A stretch of 64,000 nt of DNA from an uncultured cyanobacterium (lineage in GTDB: Bacteria > Cyanobacteriota > Cyanobacteriia > Cyanobacteriales > Nostocaceae): contig CAVUDP010000002.1 of assembly GCA_963740315.1 (NCBI GenBank), forward strand, positions 1,984,001 through 2,048,000, in the 5' to 3' direction. Position 1 is the stretch's first letter, and each line of letters begins with the position of its first letter. Made by a program: the position numbers and the translations under genes. The notes beneath the pieces are model-generated. The model did no database searches and was not told where the DNA came from. It saw only the letters and a program-made list of their open reading frames with translations. This document shows, in pieces, positions 8,734-19,738 of the stretch.

Positions 8734-10164
8734 CTACTTCCTACTCGCTGTTTTCATATCATCACCGATGAAAAACTGTGCGATTAAATAAACCAATATT
8801 CCCGCAGTCATTCCGGGAAGTACTGCGTAAATTAACTTTGATAATTCGGGGGTTATTGTCCATATCAAAGCGGTTGATATTCCAACTAGCATCATTGCGA
8901 TCGCAATTGTTCTATTAATTGGTTTTTGCAGTACTCGTACCATAAACAATGGACCTAATGCTGATGCTAAAGCGGACCATGCGAAAGTAACTAAGAAAAA
9001 TACGCTTTGATCTCCGGTTAAGGCAATTACAAATACTGTTGCTGTAACAGTTAAAGTTCCTAATTTTACTATCTTATAAGAATGGGCAAATTGAGGAAAG
9101 ATATCTTGGGTAAGGGCTGCGGAGCAAGATAGTATCTGTGAATCTGCGGTAGACATAGTTGCAGAAAATACTCCTGCTAACATTAGTCCTACTAAGGCGG
9201 CTGGGAATAATTCTAAAGATAACAAAGGTAAAGCTAATTCAGAGCGATCGCCGTTTAACAATTCAGGTAACAGTACTCTTGCTGTTAAACCCACACCAAG
9301 GGAAGCTAATGCTGCGATTAAACTGGCGATCGCTTTGATATCGCGGGCTTTGGCAATGTTTTGTGCATTATCAATTGCCATTGCACGAACCATAATGTGA
9401 GGTTGCCCGACTACGCCAAATCCTGCTACTGTCCAACCGAGAAAGAAGGGTATAAAACCTAATGGTAAACCTGCTGGACTTAAGTTGACTAAAGCTGGGT
9501 CAATTTCGCCTAATTGGGTCAAAACTCCATTGAATCCGCCGCATTTTACAATTGACACAGCTAAAAGCAATAGCAACGAAAAAATCATAATTATTGACTG
9601 TATTGTGTCAGTCCAAATTGAGGCGCGGATACCTCCAGAAAAACAGTAGAGGACAACAATTACGGTTCCAATAATAACACCTACCCTATAATCCCAGTTA
9701 AAAATCGCACTGAGTGCTGTACTTCCTGCTGAAAGTTGTGCTGCGGCATAGGTACCAAGAAAAGCGATGGTAATTAAAGCTGAAATAACTGTAATCGCTC
9801 GAACACCGTTAGTGTTTTGACCTAAGAAACCCGAAACTGTCTCTGTTTGCGTCTCTTCAGAAATTTCTCTTAACTTTCTAAAAAAAAGCCACCAAGCAAT
9901 ATAGTCTCCTATAGCCCAACCAATGCTTAGCCAAATTGAAGAAATCCCTGTTTTATAAGCGTAACCAACTTGACCTATAAATAAGAAACCACTTTGTCCC
10001 GTTGACATTGCTGAAAGTGCTGTGAACCAAGGGTTTACACTTCTCCCCGCTAAAAGGTAATCTGTGGTATTATTTTGCTTCTGAGTTGCCGAATAGATTC
10101 CGACTACCGTAAACGAAAGCATAAAAGCAATGAAAGTAATCGCAATCCAAATTTGATCTGACAT
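8734..10164 (-). CDS. Sodium:solute (proline-type, PutP-like) symporter
   Basis: About 13 TM segments; DYLLAGRS, GGIRASIWTD, GQPH, MSTADSQIL. Confidence 0.9.
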   Translation of the reverse strand: MSDQIWIAITFIAFMLSFTVVGIYSATQKQNNTTDYLLAGRSVNPWFTALSAMSTGQSGFLFIGQVGYAYKTGISSIWLSIGWAIGDYIAWWLFFRKLREISEETQTETVSGFLGQNTNGVRAITVISALITIAFLGTYAAAQLSAGSTALSAIFNWDYRVGVIIGTVIVVLYCFSGGIRASIWTDTIQSIIMIFSLLLLLAVSIVKCGGFNGVLTQLGEIDPALVNLSPAGLPLGFIPFFLGWTVAGFGVVGQPHIMVRAMAIDNAQNIAKARDIKAIASLIAALASLGVGLTARVLLPELLNGDRSELALPLLSLELFPAALVGLMLAGVFSATMSTADSQILSCSAALTQDIFPQFAHSYKIVKLGTLTVTATVFVIALTGDQSVFFLVTFAWSALASALGPLFMVRVLQKPINRTIAIAMMLVGISTALIWTITPELSKLIYAVLPGMTAGILVYLIAQFFIGDDMKTASRK

Positions 10165-10815
10165 TATAATATTGGTAGGTAATTGAAATATTTCTTTTTA
10201 TTTTTTCATGATTCTGGCTTTTGGCAAGAATAAACTATTTTTACAGTTCATATTTTACCTTTAACATTTTGATTAAGTTAGGAACAATGACCGATAACGA
10301 AATGTCTGTTATTTTCATACAAATTTAATATTATTTAAACTTGGTGTTCATGTAAATAAATGATTATAGACATTCTAGGAGCAGATTATACAAAATTGAT
10401 ATAGAAAACAAATATAAAATGGTCGAACCAATATTTTTTGCAAAATAGATAATGGATAACTAATTAATAAATTTAAAAACATAGATATATTCATGTTACT
10501 TGTATAACATATGCCAAACTAAAATAGATATAATAGATACGTTGTATATTAAAATATAAATCACTTTATATTTCCATCTAGATTACGGCTAAATAAGATA
10601 AGTATATATAAAGATATTATTATAAATGCTTCACGACCTGTTAAAAATATTGAAACTAGAGATGCATTGAGAAAATATCGAACGAATAAATTTCCGATAT
10701 ATTTAAGCTTTTAATTTATATTTTTTTTTCACCAGATTTATTTGTGGGGTTAATCCTAAACCAATTGACTTTGTTTTTCTAATTTGATAAAAGTAATTTT
10801 CGGAGACTTTTAAAA

Positions 10816-12285
10816 ATGGGCTTGCAACCACCAATACCTAACAACGAACTAGCTAGATTAGCAGCACTTCGCGAATATCAAATACTTGATACTCCCCCAG
10901 AAAAAGTATTTAATGATTTTACCTTTTTAGCCGCACAAATCTGTCGTACCCCCGTTGCGCTGATTAGTTTTTTAGATGGCGATCGCCAATGGTTCAAATC
11001 GAAAATTGGTGTAGATGTAGAATGTACGAGTAGGGATGTAGCCTTCTGTGCTTATTCGATAATGCAGCAGCAACCGTTAATTGTCCCCAATGCTTTGAAA
11101 GACTCCCGGTTTGCCGACAACCCTTTAGTAATTGGAGATCCCAATATTCGCTTTTATGCGGGCGCACCCTTGATTACACCATCCGGATATGCGATCGGAA
11201 CATTATGTGTAATTGATACGGTACCACGAGATTTTAGTTTAGAACAACAAGAAGCATTAAAAGCATTAAGCAATCAGGTAATAGCGCAATTAGAAATGCG
11301 ACGTAACGTCATTACCGTATCGCGTACCGTCATGCAGCGACAGCAGAAAGAAGCCGAAGTTCGCCGTCAGCAAGAGTTTATTGAAGTTATTTATCGACGA
11401 GGATTAGATAAGATCCAAAAGGGAGATTACGAAGCAGCGATCGCTGATTTTAGCCAGTATTTACAGTTAAAGTCTAATGGAATTAAAGCCTATTATCAAA
11501 GAGGATTAGCCTTTCACAAACTGGGAGACTATCAAGGTGCAATTGCAGATTTAAATCAATATTTACACTTTAACCCGTCGGATGCCCAAGCAAGATACAG
11601 TCGGGGACTTATCCGTTCGGAATTAGGAGATTACAATGGAGCAACTGCTGATTATACAAAAGCAATAAGCATCAATCCTGACTATATTAATGACTATAGT
11701 TCGGAATTAATTCTTCCTCAAAGTAAAAATGATTCTTCACAAATAATGGATTCTATAGAGACTGCATCAATCGATGACTACACAGTTACTGTTGATTCTA
11801 ATATTGTCAGTTCCGAACTTAGCAATGAATACCATCGAACAATTTCTAAATCTATTGAAGTAGCATCTACTCCCCAAAATGCGGAAGCTTATATTAGTCA
11901 GGGTAATGATTATTATAAAAATGAAGATTATAAAAAAGCGTTGGAAAGTTATACTTCAGCTTTGCAATTAAATAGTAACAATATTGAAGCTTATTTAAAT
12001 CGGGGTAATGCTAATTATAAATTGAAAAATTACGGTGAAGCAATTGAAGATTACACCCAAACTTTGCGACTGAACCCTAAAAATGACAAAGCTTATATAG
12101 GATTGGGTAATACTTGTTCTAAACTCAGAAATTACGATAAAGCAATTGAATATTACACTCAGGCTTTATTAGTCAACCCTAAAAATGATAAAGCTTACAT
12201 CAATCGGGGAAATGCTCGTTCCAAACTTAAAGATTACACCGGCGCGATGGAAGATTATAAACAGGTATGGACGAAGAGGGGATAG
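10816..12285 (+). CDS. GAF domain plus two TPR blocks protein
   Basis: ELARLAALREYQILDT...RFYAGAPL GAF; repeated AYxNRG/AIEDY TPR motifs split by a Ser-rich linker. Confidence 0.88.
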   Translation: MGLQPPIPNNELARLAALREYQILDTPPEKVFNDFTFLAAQICRTPVALISFLDGDRQWFKSKIGVDVECTSRDVAFCAYSIMQQQPLIVPNALKDSRFADNPLVIGDPNIRFYAGAPLITPSGYAIGTLCVIDTVPRDFSLEQQEALKALSNQVIAQLEMRRNVITVSRTVMQRQQKEAEVRRQQEFIEVIYRRGLDKIQKGDYEAAIADFSQYLQLKSNGIKAYYQRGLAFHKLGDYQGAIADLNQYLHFNPSDAQARYSRGLIRSELGDYNGATADYTKAISINPDYINDYSSELILPQSKNDSSQIMDSIETASIDDYTVTVDSNIVSSELSNEYHRTISKSIEVASTPQNAEAYISQGNDYYKNEDYKKALESYTSALQLNSNNIEAYLNRGNANYKLKNYGEAIEDYTQTLRLNPKNDKAYIGLGNTCSKLRNYDKAIEYYTQALLVNPKNDKAYINRGNARSKLKDYTGAMEDYKQVWTKRG

Positions 12286-12450
12286 GGAGAAGGGGAGAGG
12301 GGGAGATGGGGAGATGGGGGAGATGAGGAGATGGGGGGTAGAGGGGGTAGAGGGGGTAGAGTTATAAATTGAAGACTGCTCACTGCTCACTGCTCACTGC
12401 TCACTCCTAACTCCTAACTCCTAATTCCCAACTCCTAACCTTTAACCTTT
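12286..12450. repeat. STRR tandem repeats between convergent genes
   Basis: GGGGAGAT, GGGGGTAGA, CTGCTCA and CTCCTAA units. Confidence 0.9.
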
Positions 12451-12451
12451 A

Positions 12452-12793
12452 TCACCCTTCATCTCTTCCGTGAACTTCAGCTGGGGGACTTGTTGCTTCA
12501 ACGGCGGTAAATGATTCTAATATTTTATAAGTGTGAGAAGCTCCTTTTGGTACTACCCAAGAATCACCAGCTTTTAATACAACTTTTTGACCTTCTAAAT
12601 GTAATTCCGCGCTACCTTTAATTACATAACCTACAGTTTCATATTCTCTTGATGCTGCTTCTTTTGGTTCGTTGGGTTGTTCGTTTTCCCACAAACGCAT
12701 AGAAACAGTCTTACCGGAAGCTAAATATTTTTGTCCCATTTCCCCTTTTGGAGAATTAGCTGAATCTATTTTTTTTACGCTTGTATCACTCAT
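12452..12793 (-). CDS. Cupin domain protein
   Basis: YETVGYVIKG...GDSWVVPKGASHTY cupin motifs. Confidence 0.88.
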   Translation of the reverse strand: MSDTSVKKIDSANSPKGEMGQKYLASGKTVSMRLWENEQPNEPKEAASREYETVGYVIKGSAELHLEGQKVVLKAGDSWVVPKGASHTYKILESFTAVEATSPPAEVHGRDEG

Positions 12794-12924
12794 GTTTTTT
12801 CCTTATTTTTACTTATTTACAACAGATAATTATCAATTGGCAATTAAACAAAATTATTATTTAGTTTGTAGTAAGGACTTTAGTCCTTTAAATAAAAATT
12901 GATAACTGCTAACTGTTAACTGAA

Positions 12925-14094
12925 TCACGGTTTAAGCACAACTTTGATACAGTTATTTTCCTTTTGCTTGAAAATTTCGTAACCTTTGGGTGCTTGATCC
13001 AAAGGTAATTGATGGGTAATTACAAAAGATGGGTCAATATCGCCGTTTTGAATATGCTCTAACAACGGTTTTAAATATTTATGAACGTGGGTTTGTCCAG
13101 TTTTTATAGTTAACCCTTTGTTCATTGCCGCACCCATTGGGAATTTATCTATAAACCCACCGTAAACGCCGGGAACTGAAACGTGACCACCTTTACGACA
13201 AGCTACAATTACCTCCCGTAATGCCGTTGGACGATCGGATTCCAAACGCACCGCTTGCTTTGCTTTGTCGAATAAACCCATGAAATCGGTACCGTGGGCT
13301 TCCATTCCGACTGCATCTATACAAGCGTCGGGACCTCTACCGCCAGTCATTTCTTTAAGCGCTTCGCCTACGTCTACTTCTGTATAGTTGAGAACTTTCG
13401 CTTTCCCGTATTCTTCCGCCATTTTCAAACGTTCGGGGATGCGATCTATAGCTATAACTTGCTCTGCACCAAGCATATAAGCGCTTCTGATGGCGAATTG
13501 TCCCACCGGACCGCAACCCCAAACGGCGACTATATCACCGGGTTGGATGTTGCAGTTTTCCGCCGCCATGTAACCTGTAGGAAAGATATCGGTTAAAAAT
13601 AATACCTGCTCGTCCTTTAATCCATCGGGGACTTTAAACAAGCCGACATCGGCAAAAGGTACTCTAGCATATTCCGCTTGTCCGCCAGCGTATCCTCCTA
13701 ACATATGAGAATAGCCAAATAAACCCGCTGGCGAATGTCCCATCAATTTTTCTGCTATCCAAGCGTTGGGGTTGGAATTATCGCACAAAGACCATAAATC
13801 GCGATTGCAAAAAAAGCAGCTACCGCAAGAAATCGTGAAGGGAATCACAACGCGATCGCCAACTTTGATATTCTTAACCGCTCTACCTAGTTCGACAACT
13901 TCCCCCATGAATTCGTGTCCGAGGATATCTCCCTTTTCCATCGTAGGAATATATCCATCATAAAGATGCAAATCGGAACCACAAATTGCCGTTGAAGTGA
14001 TTTTAACAATGGCATCGCGGGGGTTAAGAATTGTGGGATCGGGTACATTTTCTACCCGTACATCATTAGCACCATGCCAGCAAACAGCTTTCAT
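12925..14094 (-). CDS. Zinc-dependent alcohol/formaldehyde dehydrogenase-like protein (MDR family)
   Basis: [28 protein letters not shown]. Confidence 0.92.
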   Translation of the reverse strand: MKAVCWHGANDVRVENVPDPTILNPRDAIVKITSTAICGSDLHLYDGYIPTMEKGDILGHEFMGEVVELGRAVKNIKVGDRVVIPFTISCGSCFFCNRDLWSLCDNSNPNAWIAEKLMGHSPAGLFGYSHMLGGYAGGQAEYARVPFADVGLFKVPDGLKDEQVLFLTDIFPTGYMAAENCNIQPGDIVAVWGCGPVGQFAIRSAYMLGAEQVIAIDRIPERLKMAEEYGKAKVLNYTEVDVGEALKEMTGGRGPDACIDAVGMEAHGTDFMGLFDKAKQAVRLESDRPTALREVIVACRKGGHVSVPGVYGGFIDKFPMGAAMNKGLTIKTGQTHVHKYLKPLLEHIQNGDIDPSFVITHQLPLDQAPKGYEIFKQKENNCIKVVLKP

Positions 14095-14233
14095 TATTAT
14101 TATTAGTTGTTAGTTGTTAGTAGTTAGTTGTTAGAAGAATGAGGCAAAACATTTATAGAATCGCATTAATCCGGTTTAGATCGGCTTTTCTTCACCAAAC
14201 CGGATTAATATCACCCCATAACAACAATCGGTT

Positions 14234-14626
14234 TTACTCTGAATAATATGGCTTTTGCTTACCAGTTATTGGTTCAAATGTATTTTCAATTTTGTCTTCA
14301 GTTGAACGTAGAAAATCTTTGGTACTTTCGGGTAATGGTTCGTCAAGATTAAGCTTTTCCCGGATGTTATCACCAGTCTCTTTGAGATTTTCTTTAAGAT
14401 TTTCGATTGGATTATTGCTGTCAAGATTAATCCGAGAATCTGCATCTGGTACCCTGTATTCAGATGCTTCTGGTGTCAACGTTGCGGCTTGCGCTGCCAT
14501 ATTTGGATAGCTAAAAGCCGATATAAATAATAAAAAGCTCAATCCGAGCAAAACAACTGCATCAGTTCTCTTCTTGATGATATTTTGAAACCAATAAATC
14601 AATCTTTCTATTAACCTTTTCATCAC
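14234..14626 (-). CDS. Hypothetical membrane-anchored or secreted protein
   Basis: ORF 130 aa with N-terminal hydrophobic segment, co-oriented in cluster. Confidence 0.65.
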   Translation of the reverse strand: MMKRLIERLIYWFQNIIKKRTDAVVLLGLSFLLFISAFSYPNMAAQAATLTPEASEYRVPDADSRINLDSNNPIENLKENLKETGDNIREKLNLDEPLPESTKDFLRSTEDKIENTFEPITGKQKPYYSE

Positions 14627-14677
14627 ACACCTGTATATTGTTTACTTGAATTTTGACTGTCCGAAAAAAACCTGCAA

Positions 14678-15178
14678 TTACGAACTACCTTTCGATTGTC
14701 CTTCTGTAGTTGCAATTTCCCCCGCTTCCATTATCATCTTAAATCGGTTCAAATCATCGCCAATTTGCTGTTTTGGTTCTTCACCAAAAAGTTTGGCGAT
14801 AGACGCACCAAAGGTGAACGCAGCACCAATTACACCGCCGGGTGGTTCGTAAACGATGACTACTTTAACTTCCGTTCCGCGATCGCCAGGAGCTTTATTG
14901 AAGCGAACAAAACCGGAATTTTCAATATCCGCATCTTTTACCGAAGACCAAGAAATCAACTCGTTTTTTTGGTCTTCAATAATATTAGCATCCCATTCCA
15001 CGCTCGTACCTAAAGGAGCTTTTGCAACCCAATGCGATCGCTTTTCATCAACTACCTTAACCAACTTCAGATGATTCATAAATTGGGGCAAATTTTCAAA
15101 GTTATGCCAAAAATTATAAAGTTCATCCTGTGGTTTATTTATAGTTACCGTCTTTTCAACTTTTATGGTTTTGCTCAT
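14678..15178 (-). CDS. SRPBCC (polyketide cyclase/dehydrase-like) protein
   Basis: WHNFENLPQFM, SHWVAKAPLG, DDLNRFKMIMEAGE. Confidence 0.9.
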   Translation of the reverse strand: MSKTIKVEKTVTINKPQDELYNFWHNFENLPQFMNHLKLVKVVDEKRSHWVAKAPLGTSVEWDANIIEDQKNELISWSSVKDADIENSGFVRFNKAPGDRGTEVKVVIVYEPPGGVIGAAFTFGASIAKLFGEEPKQQIGDDLNRFKMIMEAGEIATTEGQSKGSS

Positions 15179-15203
15179 TTTGTAATATCTTATTCATCTC
15201 AAA

Positions 15204-15268
15204 GTTTGTAGTAAGGAATTTATTCCTATTATTTAAGTTATTTAGGACTGAAGTCCTTACTACGAACC
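15204..15268. repeat. GTAG-type double-hairpin REP-like repeat
   Basis: TTTGTAGTAAGG...CCTTACTACGAAC; relatives at 575, 12864, 28043, 53027. Confidence 0.75.
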
Positions 15269-15289
15269 TTGTTATTTTTTTACAATTGA

Positions 15290-16381
15290 TTAAACAGCAG
15301 TACCAGTTGTAGGCTTAGCTGGTTTTAATTCACTGCCCATTCTTGCTCTGTAAAGGTCTACCAAACGCTGTTCGTAAGCCATCAAATCTTTTTGAAGGTG
15401 AGTGAAAATTTCGGTAGTCACGGGGTCGGTATATGCTGCCATCATGGTGCCGACATCATTTATTGCTGTTTGCAAATCGCCTAAAGCGCAGCGAATTTGA
15501 TAGATATCATCGCTACCCTTAATAGCATTTTTTACCTTTGCATAACCTTCAGCAATTTTTGTAGTCAAAGATGGTTTTTCACCAAATTCATCCAACCGCG
15601 CTTCTAATTTCTTAATGTGAGTTGCTTTACTAGCAATCATGTCTTGGAACAGAGATTTAAGCTCCGTATCGGATGCTTTTTGGGCATAGGTTTCTAAAGC
15701 TTTATGAGAATAACGTTCTCCAGCCAAAATGGTATTCAAACCCTTAACAATATCGCTTTTATGAGAGCCACCCCAAGCATCTGCTATTTTCCACCATTCA
15801 GCATTTGGATCGTCTCCACTTGGTAAATCGGCTTCTTTACCACCGTAACCCAAACGGCTTAAAATAGCGGTTGTAAAAATAGGTAAATCTCCAGGTTGAC
15901 GAGAAGTAATTAAGTTATTATCTACCACCAAAGGCTTATCTTCGTAATTAGCACCAGCGTTAATCATGTCTTTACGAATCGCGCTGAAACCAGTAGCGGT
16001 TCTACCTTTAAGCAAATCGCCTTCAATTAACAATTGTGGTCCGTGACATACCGCAGCAACTATTTTACCTTGGCTCATTGCTTCTTGTACGAAGCGCACG
16101 GTGTTAGGATTGCGGCGCATTTTATCGGGAGCCATTCCTCCAGGAATTATTACCGCATCAAAATCGTCAGCCATTGCTTCGGTAGTAGTTCCATCAGCTT
16201 GTTGAGAAACTTTACCTTTTTTACCTTTATAAGCTTGGTTCATACGAGAACCTAAAACAGATACTTCCATTCCTGCTTGTTTTAAAGCTTGATAAGGAAC
16301 TTGAAATTCTGAATCTTCGACTCCATCTTCAATCAGAATTGCAACTTTATGTTTACGAGAATGACTATTTGTAGATACCAT
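15290..16381 (-). CDS. DJ-1/PfpI (YhbO-like) deglycase/protease fused to a ferritin-like C-terminal domain
   Basis: EDSE, IIPGG, AAVCHGP, ITSRQPGD followed by a helical ferritin-like region. Confidence 0.88.
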   Translation of the reverse strand: MVSTNSHSRKHKVAILIEDGVEDSEFQVPYQALKQAGMEVSVLGSRMNQAYKGKKGKVSQQADGTTTEAMADDFDAVIIPGGMAPDKMRRNPNTVRFVQEAMSQGKIVAAVCHGPQLLIEGDLLKGRTATGFSAIRKDMINAGANYEDKPLVVDNNLITSRQPGDLPIFTTAILSRLGYGGKEADLPSGDDPNAEWWKIADAWGGSHKSDIVKGLNTILAGERYSHKALETYAQKASDTELKSLFQDMIASKATHIKKLEARLDEFGEKPSLTTKIAEGYAKVKNAIKGSDDIYQIRCALGDLQTAINDVGTMMAAYTDPVTTEIFTHLQKDLMAYEQRLVDLYRARMGSELKPAKPTTGTAV

Positions 16382-16471
16382 GTTTTTTCTTTTATGTTAG
16401 ATTTATTTTGATTTATTTGATTTCAAGATTTGACTATTCTTACCGTCAATTAGAGCTATTTTTGCTTTTAT

Positions 16472-16876
16472 TTACGAAGCAGATACTTGATTTTCAGATG
16501 CGGTGGGGAAAAGCTCTGCATAATCATCAGAAAAATTATGCTTAAAATCGGCATATTCACCCGGAGATACCGCACTTTGCAGCACTGTAAAAACAGCCCG
16601 AACGTGCATAATTGCCTCGGTAGATTCTACACCTTCTTTCTTACTTACACGCTCGATAAATTCTTCTAACTTAAAATGTTGACCGTTTTCACCTTCACGC
16701 CCCCGTAGATATTTAGCTATTTCTTCCGGTAATTGTGCGCCTAAATCCTTCGCTTCATCGCCAACAATCCGCTCTTTAATAGTTTCTAACGTAGCGCGAG
16801 TTGCTTGTTCTGCTTTTTCACGAGAATCAACTTGAGCAACGCTTTGAACGTGTTTGATAAATTCGTCGTACTTCAT
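16472..16876 (-). CDS. DUF2267 domain protein
   Basis: MKYDEFIKHVQ...ATRATLET...LGAQLP pattern. Confidence 0.82.
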   Translation of the reverse strand: MKYDEFIKHVQSVAQVDSREKAEQATRATLETIKERIVGDEAKDLGAQLPEEIAKYLRGREGENGQHFKLEEFIERVSKKEGVESTEAIMHVRAVFTVLQSAVSPGEYADFKHNFSDDYAELFPTASENQVSAS

Positions 16877-17255
16877 GGCTTATATTTCCTATTTGTTTTC
16901 AATTTAATTCAACACCTCTATAGGCTTTTTGTTTTAATTATTTACTATTTATTTCAACGATAAAAAGCTGCGTAAAGTTAAAAAAATATATATATAAGAT
17001 GAATATAGCTCAGTCTATTTTCTGTTTCCTTTTACTAAAAAAAAAGCTATCAATCAACAATCGGGGCTATTGTTTGACAATAACGAGTTTATGTTGACTC
17101 ATAGCTTCAAACAATTCATGAGGTTGCTTTTGTGTGGATTATTATTTACTACGATATGCATCTGTTAACTATTTCACTTCGTTCGTAGGGGAGATATTAA
17201 CTTACCCCTTTGGTTATAGTTCTTTCGGAAGAGAAATATTTGAATATAAAGAGCT

Positions 17256-17702
17256 ATGGTGAGAATGCACCACATTAAAAGTATTATGAGCGAACAAAAA
17301 AGTAAAAAGGAGCAAAATATCAATAACGAAGCTGAAGTTAGCGATTTACCCCAGGAAATAACTGAATCCTACGGAACTGGAGTTAGTCAACAACCGGGAA
17401 TGAATATCGGCGGAAGAGAAATAGAACAACAGTTGAACGAGCATAATGCCACAAGCCCGGAATTAACCGGAGGTGATGTTGATGCGTATTGGCAAGGTGC
17501 AAACTCTGTGGGTGATGAAGCCGTTGGTGGTACTGTTGCCACACCCGATAAGAATGTCACCGAAGAATTAGAAAAAGCTGTCGGCTTGGAAATGGATGAC
17601 AAACAACCCCTACAAACAAACGATATTTTAGATAGACGTGATGATAATCGCTGGGAATTAGATCCCAAATCATCGGAAGATTATGAAAATCACCCCAAGT
17701 GA
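17256..17702 (+). CDS. Acidic hypothetical protein (DUF6335-like)
   Basis: SPELTGGDVDA, GDEAVGGTVATPDKN, RWELDPKSSED. Confidence 0.75.
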   Translation: MVRMHHIKSIMSEQKSKKEQNINNEAEVSDLPQEITESYGTGVSQQPGMNIGGREIEQQLNEHNATSPELTGGDVDAYWQGANSVGDEAVGGTVATPDKNVTEELEKAVGLEMDDKQPLQTNDILDRRDDNRWELDPKSSEDYENHPK

Positions 17703-17744
17703 TATGTAATATATAGAAATTCGTTAATTATTTCTAATTATTTA

Positions 17745-17776
17745 GAAACCCGGTTTTTTGGAAAAACCGGGTTTTT
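17745..17776. terminator. Palindrome downstream of the 17256 gene, possible terminator
   Basis: GAAACCCGGTTTTTTGGAAAAACCGGGTTTT. Confidence 0.5.
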
Positions 17777-17804
17777 GATCTAGAAAACAAATAGTTAGTA
17801 GTTA

Positions 17805-17973
17805 GTAGGTTGGGTTAGATAGGAAAAATAAATTGAATCCTGTCGTAACCCAAGATCGGTATTTAGAATCAAGTCAAATATTCTGTCATGTCGATCGCGC
17901 AATGTTGGGTTACGACGATGCAGATTAATTTCTAGTTTAAAACTGTTATTGTCGTGCGTCTAACCCAACCTAC
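17805..17973. repeat. REPIN-like element: GTAGGTTGGGTTAGA ... TCTAACCCAACCTAC with inner CGTAACCCAA/TTGGGTTACG arms
   Basis: Nested inverted repeats; half copies at 54545-54614 and 54713-54778. Confidence 0.75.
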
Positions 17974-18288
17974 GAAACTTTATATTTTACTACTTTAGAT
18001 TATTGACTTTTTGCATACTACTATTTATGATTCACAGTTTAATTTTGAAAATAATATTACGATTAAACCCCAAGACATTTATTACCAAGAGTTTCGGCAA
18101 AAATTCAGAACTGCAATCGCGATTCATCTCAAATAATTGCACTTTTTAAAATATTCGTTAGAGTGAGATTATTGATTAATTTTTTCTCCTTTTTGATATC
18201 AATACATCTGTCTTCAGTAAGTTTAAATACTTAATACTGCTTTGATAAAGTTGAAATTAATAATAATTTTTTGCAATCGGAGTCAACT

Positions 18289-18780
18289 ATGGAAGCTACA
18301 CAAACTAACGACCCTAAAATTCGTGAATTAGTCCAAGCATTTCAGAAATTAGGTGTAGACGAACAGCTAGCTTTGTTCTATTTCATCTACAAAGAAATGG
18401 GTGATTCTATTACACCTGCTGCACCTGGCGCTAGTACCGTTTCTCCAGCAGTTGCTGACGGTTTATTCAATCAAGTTAAAGAATTATCTCACGAAGAACA
18501 ACTACAGCTGCAACGCGACTTAATTAACAAAGCTGATACCGTACATACCCGCGAATACGGTTCAATGAGCGATACAACCAAGCTGCTATTTTGGTATCGT
18601 TTAGCTCAAGGTATGGATGCTAATACTATTATCCCCATGCCCGGTAACTACGAACTTGCTTCTGAATCTAAACAATTGATGGATAAAATCAAGAAGTTAG
18701 ACTTTGGTGTACAAATGAGCCTTTTCCGCGATTACGTAGCGCCAATGGGTGCCGATGCTAAACCTGGTGCTGAAATTTAA
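18289..18780 (+). CDS. Helical carotenoid protein (stand-alone orange carotenoid protein N-terminal domain)
   Basis: VDEQLALFYFIYKEMGDSITPAAPGA, TKLLFWYRLAQGM; no OCP C-terminal domain. Confidence 0.9.
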   Translation: MEATQTNDPKIRELVQAFQKLGVDEQLALFYFIYKEMGDSITPAAPGASTVSPAVADGLFNQVKELSHEEQLQLQRDLINKADTVHTREYGSMSDTTKLLFWYRLAQGMDANTIIPMPGNYELASESKQLMDKIKKLDFGVQMSLFRDYVAPMGADAKPGAEI

Positions 18781-19033
18781 TAGTTTTGTTTTTTTTTGAA
18801 GAGTTTTTTGTGATTTCTTTCGGTTTAGGCAGTACGAACTAGAAACCGTGTTTATTTATTCGCATAAAAACGGTTTAAATGCGTAACTGCTAAAATAATC
18901 AATCAGATTTGATGTAACTTTTTTATCATCTTAAAATGAGCGCGGAGGAAAATAACTTTTCTCTGCGTTTGTCTTTTTTTTGTATATAATGTTAAATCTT
19001 CTTAATTAACAAGAATTAGGACAATAAAAATCT

Positions 19034-19732
19034 ATGAGTTTGATTTTAACTAACGATGACGGTATTGATGCGCCCGGTATCCAAGCACTGCTCAAAGCTG
19101 TAGAAAAATCCGCAATTTCATCTCAAGTTATTATCGTAGCTCCTCAAGAACATTTATCCGGTTGCGGACATCAAGTTACTACTGTTCGCCCTATAAGCAT
19201 ACAGCGTCGCTCCGATACCGCATATGCCATAGCAGGTACTCCCGCTGATTGCGTTCGTTTGTCTGTTTCACATATTTGTCCCGAAGTCAAATGGATACTA
19301 TCGGGAATTAACGCCGGAGGAAATATGGGAGTTGATTCCTACATTTCCGGTACCGTCGCGGCTGTACGAGAAGCAGCAATGCATGGTATTAAAGGAATTG
19401 CAATTTCTCAATATAAGAAAAGAGGCTGGGAATATAATTGGGATAACTCGATCGAATGGACGGCTAAAATTCTCGCAAACTTATCAAATCGTCCCTTACC
19501 TTCAGGAAGTTTTTGGAACGTTAATTTACCCCATCTGGGCAGCGAAGAAACAGATCCAGAAGTTGTCTTTTGTCGCCCTTGCGCTAAACCTTTACCAGTG
19601 AATTATCGTAACGAAGGCGATAAATTTTACTACGTTGGCGAATATGCCAAACGAGAGAGAACCCCCGGTAGCGATGTTGATGCCTGTTTTTCTGGGAAAA
19701 TAGCGGTAACACAGTTATCAATTAACAATTAA
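19034..19732 (+). CDS. surE: 5'/3'-nucleotidase SurE
   Basis: LTNDDGIDAPG, GTPADCV, SGINAGGNMG, SGTV. Confidence 0.93.
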   Translation: MSLILTNDDGIDAPGIQALLKAVEKSAISSQVIIVAPQEHLSGCGHQVTTVRPISIQRRSDTAYAIAGTPADCVRLSVSHICPEVKWILSGINAGGNMGVDSYISGTVAAVREAAMHGIKGIAISQYKKRGWEYNWDNSIEWTAKILANLSNRPLPSGSFWNVNLPHLGSEETDPEVVFCRPCAKPLPVNYRNEGDKFYYVGEYAKRERTPGSDVDACFSGKIAVTQLSINN

Positions 19733-19738
19733 CAATTA

